64,000 nt of DNA from a bacterium. Its GTDB lineage: Bacteria > Patescibacteriota > Patescibacteriia > Patescibacteriales > UBA12465. The position numbers were made by a program, and so were the translations under genes. Within the stretch, counting starts at the first letter, position 1. Every line of letters starts with the position of its first letter. The stretch lies in the NCBI GenBank assembly GCA_035400585.1, contig DAOMZR010000002.1:15364-79363 (forward strand), written 5' to 3'. This document shows positions 28,629 through 38,000 of the stretch, in pieces. The notes below the pieces were generated by a model, which ran no database searches, had not been told where the DNA came from, and saw nothing but the letters and a program-made list of their open reading frames with translations.

Positions 28629-29372
28629 ATGAAAAGAAATTTTTTTCTAATTTTACTTTTAAGCTTTATATTTGAAGCTTCTCAAGGACAAAATATTGTT
28701 AACGCTCAAGACTATTTAAATAGTGAGTGTTTAAAAAATGTTGATTCTGTTCTAGTTGATATCAGTTCAAGAGACTTAAGAAAGAAGGCTGAAGAAATTT
28801 TGATAATAAAAGTAACTGATAGCTTACGAGCAAAGACGCTTCGATTGGTTGAAAACAAAAAATTTAAAGAAGTACAAAACAATCTTGAAGTAATGAAATG
28901 TTTGATTGCTGAGAAAGGAAGCAAAGTTCAATCATCAAAGAAAAAAAGAGAATTATTTTTAAGTTATTATCGAGAAGTTGTTTTTGTCTATACCGAATAT
29001 ACACTTAAAAAAGAAAAAATTTCTCCCATTGATTATGTGTTTTTGTATGAACTACAAAATACTGGTACAGAATTTGATGATTTGATTGTTTCTCGAGAAT
29101 TAACTATTCGTTTTTTAAACTTATACAAAAGAAATAATAACTATTATTCTGGTGGATCATATGGCGACGACAAAAGCTTAATAGCCGTCCAAAAAGGAAT
29201 TATAATGCTAATCGAAATATATGAAAGAGGTTTGGACAAAAGATATGCTCTAAGAGACTTTGAAAATGCCATGGACATACTAATGAAATATATTCCTCAA
29301 GAATATCAAACGATTGAAGCCAGAAAATGGAAAAAAACTATCGGAGAAAGAGCTAAAATCTATCTTCAATAA
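28629..29372 (+). CDS. Hypothetical secreted protein (signal peptide, helical)
   Basis: MKRNFFLILLLSFIFEASQGQ signal-like N-terminus. No recognisable domain. Confidence 0.55.
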   Translation: MKRNFFLILLLSFIFEASQGQNIVNAQDYLNSECLKNVDSVLVDISSRDLRKKAEEILIIKVTDSLRAKTLRLVENKKFKEVQNNLEVMKCLIAEKGSKVQSSKKKRELFLSYYREVVFVYTEYTLKKEKISPIDYVFLYELQNTGTEFDDLIVSRELTIRFLNLYKRNNNYYSGGSYGDDKSLIAVQKGIIMLIEIYERGLDKRYALRDFENAMDILMKYIPQEYQTIEARKWKKTIGERAKIYLQ

Positions 29373-29381
29373 TAAAACATG

Positions 29382-29409
29382 CCCCAAAATTTGATTTTGG
29401 GGTTTTTTA
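29382..29409 (+). terminator. Rho-independent terminator
   Basis: ccccaaaat-ttg-attttgggg followed by tttttt. Confidence 0.75.
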
Positions 29410-29486
29410 TTTACTAAAAAAGAAAAATATACTATAATAATCAAGCATATTTAATATAAAATGATAATAAATTAATATACAAAAAA

Positions 29487-30941
29487 ATGAGAAAAATAGT
29501 TATTCTGTCTTTGTTTTTGTTGATATTTTTGCCAAAAGTAAGTTCAGCTCAAATAGAATTTAATCCGGGAAGGATAATTGAGGATTATCAATTGTTAGAC
29601 TTCAATTCGATGAGTTTAGAAGAGATACAAAACTTTTTAGAAGAAAAAAATAGTTATTTAGCCAATCTAAAGGTTTTAGATACTTATGGCAAGGAAAAAA
29701 AGGCTTCAGAAATAATATATAATGCGGCTGTCAACAACTATGACTGTGATGGCGTTACTTTGAGTGATTCGCCCACAGAAGAGGAAAGAAGCCAAAAATG
29801 TAAAAAAATAGGAACGGTTAGTCCTAAATTTTTACTAGTATTACTTCAAAAAGAACAAAGCTTAATAGAAGAATCCACGCCAAAGCAAAGTCAACTTGAC
29901 TGGGCAACAGGATATGGTTGTCCAGACAGTATGGCTTGTAACCCATATTTTAAAGGTTTTGGGAAGCAAGTTAACAGTGCTGCTTTGCAATTTAGATGGT
30001 ATATGGTTAACCCTAACCCAGGAAAAACTTGGTTTAAAACAGACGAAACTTATACTTTTAAAAATCAATATGGAACTATTAGCAACGATGAAATAGAAGT
30101 TTTAATCGAAAACAAAGCAACAGCAGCTTTATATATTTATACTCCCCATGTATATAATGGTAATTACAATTTCTGGAAAATATGGAATAGATACTTCCCG
30201 TCTCAAGGATATCCAGATGGAACGATTTTAAAAACAGAAAAAGACTATTGGTTGGTTCAATCTGGCCAAAAAAGAAAATTTAGCAGCGTTAGTGTTTTAG
30301 CTTCCAGATACAATCCTGATAGAGCGGTTGTAGTTGGATCATCGGAATTGAGTGCTTATGAAGAAGGTGCCCCAATTAGATTTCCCAACTACTCCGTAAT
30401 AATGTCGCCCGATGGAAGGTTATATTTATTAGTTGACGACAAAAAAAGACTATTTTCCAGCACTGAGGCCTTTCGTAAAATCGGATATAATATTGAAGAA
30501 ATTGTTAGCGCCTCCTGGCAAGACATAAACTCCTATAAAGACGGAAAAGAAATAAATATTCTATCGGCTTATCCAATGGGTGCCCTACTTCAAAACAAAA
30601 AAACCGGTGGCATATATTGGGTAGAGGAAGAAACTAAAGCTCCTCTAGTAGATAAAGTTTTCCTACAAACAAAATTTAAAGGAAGACAAATTATACCGGT
30701 TGACGAAAGTGAATTAAATTTATACCAAACCGTTTCTCCTTATCTTTTTGGAGATGGAGAAATAATAAAAGCTGAAAATTCACCGGCCGTTTATTTAATT
30801 GAAAACGGCAAAAAAAGAGCTTTCTCTTCGGGTGAAATATTTGAAAGTTTAGGCTATCAATGGAAAAGCATTATAATCGTCCCCGAAAAAGTAGTAAATC
30901 TCTATAACGACGGTGAACCAATTAACGAGAAAAAAGATTAA
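29487..30941 (+). CDS. Secreted protein: uncharacterised N-terminal domain (..LLVLLQKEQSL..DWATGYGCPD..) + four C-terminal ~50-aa wall-binding-like repeats
   Basis: Signal peptide MRKIVILSLFLLIFLPKVSSA. Four C-terminal repeats of the type ..VYLIENGKKRAFSSGEIFESLGYQWKSIIIVPEKVVNLYNDGEPI. Confidence 0.7.
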   Translation: MRKIVILSLFLLIFLPKVSSAQIEFNPGRIIEDYQLLDFNSMSLEEIQNFLEEKNSYLANLKVLDTYGKEKKASEIIYNAAVNNYDCDGVTLSDSPTEEERSQKCKKIGTVSPKFLLVLLQKEQSLIEESTPKQSQLDWATGYGCPDSMACNPYFKGFGKQVNSAALQFRWYMVNPNPGKTWFKTDETYTFKNQYGTISNDEIEVLIENKATAALYIYTPHVYNGNYNFWKIWNRYFPSQGYPDGTILKTEKDYWLVQSGQKRKFSSVSVLASRYNPDRAVVVGSSELSAYEEGAPIRFPNYSVIMSPDGRLYLLVDDKKRLFSSTEAFRKIGYNIEEIVSASWQDINSYKDGKEINILSAYPMGALLQNKKTGGIYWVEEETKAPLVDKVFLQTKFKGRQIIPVDESELNLYQTVSPYLFGDGEIIKAENSPAVYLIENGKKRAFSSGEIFESLGYQWKSIIIVPEKVVNLYNDGEPINEKKD

Positions 30942-30951
30942 AGAAAAAAAG

Positions 30952-31767
30952 ATGATAGTTGCTTCTTACATCATTCCTCACTCTCCCATACTTATTCCAA
31001 ACATTGGGAAAAAAAACTCCAGTATTTTAAATAAAACAACTGAAGCTCTTTTGGATATCAAAAATAAAATAAAAGAAGAAAAAATTGATACCATAATTGT
31101 TTTTTCGCCTCACGGAAAAAATAAAAATGACGAAATAGAAATCAATAGTCATTTTCAATATGATTTAAATTTTGAATATTTCGGAGATTATTTTAGTCGT
31201 CTTAGTTTTTCCGGAGATATGTCGCTAGCTTATAAACTTAAAGAAATTACCGAAGATGAAATTAAAACAGACTTATATGCTGATTTAAAAATTGATTACG
31301 GAGCAGCCATTCCTTTATATCTTTTGCTTAGTGAAGAAAATCAAAAAATATCATCTTTTAAGGGGAAAATATTGGTTGTAAATTCGAGTCTGGAAAAAAA
31401 TAACGAACATCATTTTAATTTTGGTAAAAAAATAGGAAAATATTTAGACGACGAAAATAAAAGAATTATTTTAATTGCTTCAGCCGAACTTTCGCATTGC
31501 CTAAATCATCGCTCTCCTGGCGGTTTTTATCAAAAAGCTGAAGCCTTCGATAATAAAATTATAGAATTAATTAAGAAAGGACGAGGCGGAATTGATGGTT
31601 TTTTTAATATCAACGAAAAAACAATTAAAGAATCAAAAGAGTGTGGACTTAGACCAATATCAATATTGCTGGGAGCTATAAATCATAGAAATTATGAACC
31701 AGAAACCTTGGTTTATCAAAAAGATTTAGGAATTGGTTATTTGAGTATGGACATGAATTTAAAATAA
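30952..31767 (+). CDS. Class III extradiol dioxygenase (LigB)/MEMO1-like family protein
   Basis: MIVASYIIPHSPILIP N-terminus, SPHG, AELSHCL. ATG at 30952 is preferred over the track start 30913, which overlaps the upstream gene. Confidence 0.55.
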   Translation: MIVASYIIPHSPILIPNIGKKNSSILNKTTEALLDIKNKIKEEKIDTIIVFSPHGKNKNDEIEINSHFQYDLNFEYFGDYFSRLSFSGDMSLAYKLKEITEDEIKTDLYADLKIDYGAAIPLYLLLSEENQKISSFKGKILVVNSSLEKNNEHHFNFGKKIGKYLDDENKRIILIASAELSHCLNHRSPGGFYQKAEAFDNKIIELIKKGRGGIDGFFNINEKTIKESKECGLRPISILLGAINHRNYEPETLVYQKDLGIGYLSMDMNLK

Positions 31768-31771
31768 ACAT

Positions 31772-32032
31772 ATGGACGATATTAAAAATATATTACAAAA
31801 TAGAAGCACTAAAAAACCACCGGCTTATCAGTGGCAAGATCTAGCTTTAAATGTAATTAAAGAACTATCGATACCGGGCTTTAAAAGAGCTGCTACCTTC
31901 AAAGTTTGCAAAGAAAACAGCGAGGCCGTTATTAAACAGGCCCTGATAGATACCAGAGAATTATGCCAAGGAGGAGAGAGATGGAAATATTTTTTCAAAA
32001 TACTCGGCAAAAAAAATGATAATAAAAAATAA
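31772..32032 (+). CDS. Hypothetical 86-aa protein
   Basis: ORF tightly packed between neighbours (4-nt gaps). No recognisable motif. Confidence 0.5.
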   Translation: MDDIKNILQNRSTKKPPAYQWQDLALNVIKELSIPGFKRAATFKVCKENSEAVIKQALIDTRELCQGGERWKYFFKILGKKNDNKK

Positions 32033-32035
32033 AAT

Positions 32036-32518
32036 ATGGCTAAAATATTAAAAATAGTTAAGCACCCCAATGAAATACTGAGAAAGGTTTCTAAAGAAAT
32101 TGATGCTAGCGAAATAACTAAACCAGAATTTATTGAATTGATGAAAGACATGGAAAAAACCATGATGGAAAAAGATGGTGCCGGATTGGCCGCCCCACAA
32201 ATTGGAAAAAATATTAGATTAATAGTTTTAAATTATGAAGGAAAAAATATAATAATGATTAATCCTCAAATAACTAAAAAATCTTGGGCCAAAAAAACTG
32301 AATTAGAGGGATGTTTATCGGTTGAGAACGAAAAGGGAGAAATTTATTATGAAAAAGTTGCTCGACATAAAAAAGTTTCCTGCTTGTATCTTGATCAAAA
32401 CGGAAACAAGAAAAAAATAGAAGCCGAAAATCTGTTATCACGGGCCATTCAACACGAAATAGATCATCTAGATGGAATACTATTTATTGACAGAGTAGAA
32501 AAACAAAAGAATGGATAA
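32036..32518 (+). CDS. def: Peptide deformylase
   Basis: GAGLAAPQIG, EGCLS, HEIDHLDG: all three PDF motifs. Confidence 0.97.
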   Translation: MAKILKIVKHPNEILRKVSKEIDASEITKPEFIELMKDMEKTMMEKDGAGLAAPQIGKNIRLIVLNYEGKNIIMINPQITKKSWAKKTELEGCLSVENEKGEIYYEKVARHKKVSCLYLDQNGNKKKIEAENLLSRAIQHEIDHLDGILFIDRVEKQKNG

Positions 32519-33470
32519 AAAAATAAAAACAATTTTCATGGGCACCCCAGAATTGGCCGCCGTCGGTCTACAATCTTTAATCGACGACGGTCGTTTTGAT
32601 ATTGTATTAAGCATTACCCAGGCCGATAAAGCAGTAGGAAGAAATTTACAAATTAATAAAACACCAGTAAAGATTTTGGCTGAAAAAAATAATATTAAGG
32701 TCATCCAACCTTTAAAAATAAAAGAAGCGACTGAAATTATAGAAGAAATAAAACCTGATTTAATAGTTGTAATCGCTTATGGCAAAATAATACCCAAAAA
32801 CATCCTAGAAAGCCCAAAATACGGCTGTATTAACGTCCACGGCTCACTACTGCCCAAATATAGAGGATCGGCCTGTATTCAAGCCACAATACTAAATGGA
32901 GACCCTCAGGGGGGTATAACTATAATGAAAATGGATGAAAACATGGATACCGGCGATATAATCAAAAAAATAAGCCTTGATTTAGAAAAAGAAGAAACCA
33001 GCAAAAGTTTAATGGAAAAGATAAAAAAAATAAGCCAAGAAAATTTAGCTCAAACTATTATAGATTTTATTGAAGAAAAAATTGAAATAGAAAAACAGGA
33101 CGACTCTTTGGCTACTTACGTTAAAATGATTAAAAAAGAAGATGGTCGTCTTAATTTTAATGAGCTAGCTGAAATAATTGAAAGAAAAATAAGAGCTTAT
33201 TTTCCTTGGCCAGGAACTTTTGCTTTTATTGAAAAAGAAGTCTTGCCAAAAAAAGAAATATTATTTAAAATACTAAAAGCCAGCGAAATTGTTGATAAAA
33301 AAGAAAATTTAGAAAATGGACAACTTGTTAAGATTGGTCAAAAAATAGGAGTGAGTTGTCAAAATAAAATATTAGTAATAGACCAATTGCAATTAGAGGG
33401 CAAAAAAGCAAGCAGCTCGGAAGATTTTTTAAAGGGAAATTCTTGGGTTTTAGGAAAAATACTAAAATAA
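32511..33470 (+). CDS. fmt: Methionyl-tRNA formyltransferase
   Basis: IFMGTPELA, NVHGSLLPKYRGSACIQ, def-fmt overlap of 8 nt. Confidence 0.95.
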   Translation: MDKKIKTIFMGTPELAAVGLQSLIDDGRFDIVLSITQADKAVGRNLQINKTPVKILAEKNNIKVIQPLKIKEATEIIEEIKPDLIVVIAYGKIIPKNILESPKYGCINVHGSLLPKYRGSACIQATILNGDPQGGITIMKMDENMDTGDIIKKISLDLEKEETSKSLMEKIKKISQENLAQTIIDFIEEKIEIEKQDDSLATYVKMIKKEDGRLNFNELAEIIERKIRAYFPWPGTFAFIEKEVLPKKEILFKILKASEIVDKKENLENGQLVKIGQKIGVSCQNKILVIDQLQLEGKKASSSEDFLKGNSWVLGKILK

Positions 33471-33471
33471 A

Positions 33472-33543
33472 GGCCTCTTCGTCTAACGGTTAGGACATCA
33501 GGTTCTCAACCTGGTAACACGGGTTCGATTCCCGTAGAGGTCA
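33472..33543 (+). tRNA. tRNA-Glu (anticodon CTC), CCA not encoded
   Basis: GGCCTCT-TC-GTCT-AACGGTTA-GGAC-A-TCAGG-TTCTCAA-CCTGG-TAAC-ACGGG-TTCGATT-CCCGT-AGAGGTC-A. Confidence 0.85.
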
Positions 33544-33552
33544 CAAAAAAAC

Positions 33553-33580
33553 AGCGGAGATTATATCTCCGCTTTTTGTT
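33553..33580. terminator. Bidirectional hairpin terminator
   Basis: gcggagat-tat-atctccgc flanked by an A-run and a T-run. Confidence 0.7.
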
Positions 33581-33593
33581 TTTAAAAAATATT

Positions 33594-33857
33594 TTAAGTT
33601 TCAACCGGTTCAGGTTCCATTGATTCGACTGGTTTTAAAACCAATTCAGCTGGTTTAGTTATTGCTCTTTTTTCGCAAATTGGAGAATCGAAAAAAGAAT
33701 CCCAACTGCAAACGAACTTCTTGAGATTTACATCCCAGAGTTTTCTTTTCTCTTTTTTACCAATAAGGATGATTTCCCTGTTATTAATAATCACTCTCCA
33801 GCCCTTGAAGGTTTCTTCTTTTACCTGATAAGGTAATTTTCTACTTTTTTTTGCCAT
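33594..33857 (-). CDS. Hypothetical 87-aa protein
   Basis: ORF with a downstream terminator. No recognisable motif. Confidence 0.45.
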   Translation of the reverse strand: MAKKSRKLPYQVKEETFKGWRVIINNREIILIGKKEKRKLWDVNLKKFVCSWDSFFDSPICEKRAITKPAELVLKPVESMEPEPVET

Positions 33858-34044
33858 GATAAATAGTTTTAGGGTTTAAAATTTTAATTTACTGAGTATA
33901 TAAAAACACTATAATAATTAGACAATAAAGTCAAGGAATAAAAAATGGCCAATTATGAGACCACTCTTTTGTTTACAATTTTAGCTATGATTATTAATGA
34001 TTTTTATGATTAGCGTGATTTTAATTCTTCTATATATCTTGTTT

Positions 34045-34866
34045 TTACTTTTTGTCATCTAAACTATTAAACCTATAAGGACTAATAACTTTTTTATTTA
34101 TTTTTTCTTCAATTTTTTGCCTAGCATCACCAGCTATTTTACCACCTTCATTCGCTATTTTTTTATTTTTTTTAAAATCATTTGGTTCTTTAACTTTAGA
34201 AATTTCAGTTGTAGCAGTTTCAGCTAACATATTTAACACTAACTCTAAATTAGTCATATTATCACGCAAATTTTCTTTCTTTAAATTTTTAAATTTTTTA
34301 TATTCTTTGACTGATAACTTTGACCAAGCTCTCACTATTTCATTAGTTAAAATAGCAAAATCTTTTTTGTTTTTTATGCCCCTATTTTGCCATTCATCAG
34401 TCAATGCTTTTCTAATTTCAATACTCTTCAACCTCTGATTAATCCAATCTTTGCTATAACCCTTTTTTAAATAAGTTGACAGCCCACGATTTATAGATAA
34501 CTCTGGATCACTAATTTCTTCAATTCTTTCATAGCCGACACGAGCTAACCATAATTTAAAAGGCTCGACCTTGGGGGATGGAATCGATTGAATTAATCTT
34601 AGTAAAGACTCAGTATTAGCACAGTCACTTTCCCTATTTTTTCCATCAGGAGCAATAATTTTCAAAGGTACGATTTTATCGTACACTTCACTGCCCTCAT
34701 CTTTTAAACGACTCTTAAGATCGCTCCAATATCTTTTTGGAATAGAACTACCAGTAAGAACAGCTATTATATCAATAACTGAGAAATACCATAATTCTTT
34801 TTCTTCTAACCAAACTCTACGAATTTTTTCATTATTAAAAATAATTATTTCTCCATTTTTATCCAT
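34045..34866 (-). CDS. BRO-N domain / DinD-like (phage antirepressor-related) protein
   Basis: N-terminal IIFNNEKIRRVWLEEKELWYFSVIDIIAVLTGS fits the Bro-N pattern. C-terminal LRDNMTNLELVLNMLAETAT resembles DinD-type proteins (from memory). ATG at 34866 preferred over 34905. Confidence 0.6.
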   Translation of the reverse strand: MDKNGEIIIFNNEKIRRVWLEEKELWYFSVIDIIAVLTGSSIPKRYWSDLKSRLKDEGSEVYDKIVPLKIIAPDGKNRESDCANTESLLRLIQSIPSPKVEPFKLWLARVGYERIEEISDPELSINRGLSTYLKKGYSKDWINQRLKSIEIRKALTDEWQNRGIKNKKDFAILTNEIVRAWSKLSVKEYKKFKNLKKENLRDNMTNLELVLNMLAETATTEISKVKEPNDFKKNKKIANEGGKIAGDARQKIEEKINKKVISPYRFNSLDDKK

Positions 34867-34940
34867 AATGTTTCTATTAATTTTTATTAATAAAAACATT
34901 AGCACAAAGCACCTAAAATAAACTTAAGCATAAAATAAAA

Positions 34941-34967
34941 AGAACGACCCCTTACGGGGCCGTTCTT
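34941..34967. terminator. Terminator downstream of the S-layer-like gene
   Basis: agaacgacccc-ttac-ggggccgttct (one mismatch) with T-runs on both strands. Confidence 0.7.
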
Positions 34968-35024
34968 TTGTTTTACAATTTATATTAAAGGAAAATTGAG
35001 AAAAACTTTGGATATACTAGAGAA

Positions 35025-38000
35025 CTAGTACTTCATTGAACCAAAATCTAGAGGTAATTCTTCTACGTAAGTGCTATTGTGGTCTTCATAGCCAGTTACG
35101 AAGTATTCACCCCAAGCAATTTTGTTTGTTTCAGCTACGTTGCTTAATGATAGACCAAAAGTTTTGTCAGCTCCAACTAGAATAGTGTTAGCTGTTACTC
35201 TTAATGTCTTGTCTGTTCCCTTGTTTACTACAAGTTCAAATCCAGAGAAGTTTCCATCAGTAGCGGTTGCTAAAGCCTTTGGATTTCCAACTTCATACAA
35301 AGAATATGAGTCTACTGCACCTCCAGTATTAGAAACAGTGAAGGCAATAGCAGTTAATCTCAAATCTTCATTAGCATCAGCAGCAACTTTGAATCTAGCT
35401 ACTTCTTGAGCAGATGAAGCACTTCCAACAATACCATTAACCTTAGAGAAGGTTGGTTTTGTTTTTCTAACAACCATGTGATTTGATAAAGCCAAGTTTT
35501 CACCAGAAATGTTTGCTTGAGCTAATTCAGATCCATTAGATGATTTAGCTACTATAGACTCATTCTTTACAATTAATGCTAGTTCTTTACCAGTATCAGT
35601 CTTAACTTCAATTGGGTTAAAGACAGCCTTTAAAGTAATAGTTTCGCTTCCATTTGCTGGAACAATTAACTTGTTTCCAGTAATAGAAAATGTAGCCACA
35701 CCTAAAATTGGATTAGTAGTATCCAATAATGTAGTACCCTTATACAAGCTATAGTGAGAAATTCTAGAATCAGTTGTTGTAACAACAGTTGTTGTAGCTG
35801 TTGGATTAACATTAACAAGCTTTAATTCTGTGATATTAGCACTATCATCAACTGCAGTTAGTCTAAATTGAGCAATTTCTTGTTCAACTCCAGCCTTAGC
35901 AATTAAAATGTTTGAGTAAGGAGTGCTAGCACCTTTAGCAATTGTTAATGTTCCACCAGCTGTAACAGCGAAGTTAACAGTATCATCAAACTTGGCATCA
36001 ATAGTTTTACCTAAAGAGTCCTGAGCATTAACTGTCATTTTTGTTTTGAATTCTGTTCCAGCAACACCAGCAGCTTCGCTAGTAAGAGATCCTTTTAATT
36101 CAATAGATTTTATTGCATTTTTTGCAATAGAATAATTTAATGAAGAAAAAGTAGCTCCAGCAGAAGTAAAGTTTCTAGTTGATCCAACTTGAACACCATC
36201 AATAAACAACTTCATATCATAAATATGAGAAGGAGATGTTGTAGCAGTTCCTGTTGAAATATTTCCACCTAATGAAATGCTTGTTAACTTTATAGCATCA
36301 TCTGTGGCTTTGATATTAAATTTACCCAAAGAAACATCAGTTGTTCCTTGAACAATTTTTCTACCATCAGTATAACCATCATTTCTAACAAAGGTCATGC
36401 CTCCTCCAGAAACTGTAACGTATTCACCTGAAGCTGTTCCGTTAATATCAGTAACGGCAAGGCCATTACTTGCGTATTCTGGAACACCAGCAGTTAATAG
36501 GTTAGTGTCATTTAAAGAAGCTTTAAATTGTCTGCCAATAATAGCATTTGTTTTAACATCAACAGTTACTTTAACCTCGTTATTACCCTTGTTAAGTGTT
36601 AAAGATGAATCAATCAATTCAAATTGACCACCAGGAGTTGTAGATGCTTTTAAGTCAAATGAACCTAATAATGAATTATTCAAATAAACTTTTGCATTTT
36701 GAAATGAATTTTCATCACCTTCATAGTTAACTCTTAGAGAGTCAGCATTAATAACTTCATCAGCTTTTACATTGGCTAATAAAACTACAACGTCTTTAGC
36801 ACCTTTAATTACATCTTGAGCTGCTGGTGAGGTTGATTTTTTAGAAATATCAACTGAACCAGACTCAATTTTGATAGTATCAAAATCAACACCATCATTA
36901 TAATCATAAGTAATACCAAAGCCTGTAGCTTTTTCGTAAGCATAAAGCTCATCCTTTTTATTTAGTCTTAGTGTAATGCTGTTGTTTCCACTATTGTCTT
37001 TTCCGATGATATCACCTTTTACAATGAAATCATAGTTATTTTCATCTCTTAAAAGATCCATTCCATTACCTTTTAATACAAAAGTAGCGTAACGACCATT
37101 AAAAGTAGCATTTTCAGAAACTTTTTCTCCAGCATTTTCTAGGTGCATATTCATGACTGTACTTGCTAAATCTTCAACACCGTTATTTCTCAATGTTAAA
37201 GTTTTGAAGACAACATCACGAGTTGTTGTTCCTGTTAATGCAAGATTAAATTTAGCCAACTCTACATCTTCATCTCCAACCTTTAAAGTAAGACTAGAAA
37301 CTGAAGAAGGGGTTGTTAATTTTAATCCAGTAACGTCATAAGTTGTGAAACTCATTAAATTACCAACGACTGGGAATGAACCAGAAACTGTAGCACCACT
37401 TGCTGAAACAGCAGAAGCAGAAACAATTCCCAAAGCACCATTTCCAGAAACACCTTCAACCTCGGCTAAGATTTCTAAAGTAACTGTTTGACCAGCTGCA
37501 ATAGTTAAAGCAGGTGCGAAAGTTAAAACAGCATCATCGTTAGATGTTAATGTTCTTTTTGAAGTAATTGTTACTCCATCTTTTTCAGCCCAAACTTTAA
37601 AAGTTGTTCCGTAGGTAGTTAATCCAGTTCTTTTAACAGTAATTGACTCTAGATGAGTAGCACCATCAGTAGAAGCTGTGAAGTTAACTTTTGTAAAAGG
37701 AATTCTTCCTACAGTTGATGGAACTGATTGAGAAGCAGGAGTCATTGAGTTTAAAGCAACTGTAACACCTGTTCCTTGACCTGGTTTCCAACCTGTAGAT
37801 TGTCCAGATTGTGAAGTCTTAACGATAGCAGCTTCAGCACCTGTGATAGTTGTACCACCAGCAGTGAAAGAGCTTAAAGTCAAAACGTTAGCATTTTGGA
37901 ATCTGTTAGCTAAGAAAGCAACTTCATCCTCGATTAAACGATAGTTAGTACCATCGTAGTAATAAATGCTATTTTCACCAGACTTTTTTACCAAAGAACC

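Noticed and set aside
30913-30951. The ORF-track start (30913) for the LigB/MEMO-like gene; similarly 5394 for ruvB, 34905 for the BRO-N gene and GTG 38519 for the S-layer-like gene.
   Set aside because: These upstream starts overlap the preceding gene or add atypical prefixes ahead of a clean family N-terminus or signal peptide. Internal ATGs (30952, 5364, 34866, 38486) give conventional N-termini. The choice remains unverified.
33544-35024. The tRNA-Glu-adjacent segment considered as a prophage or integrative element.
   Set aside because: No integrase, recombinase, capsid or terminase genes are present, and no direct repeat of the tRNA 3' end was found by eye. It is retained only as a low-interest possible remnant.
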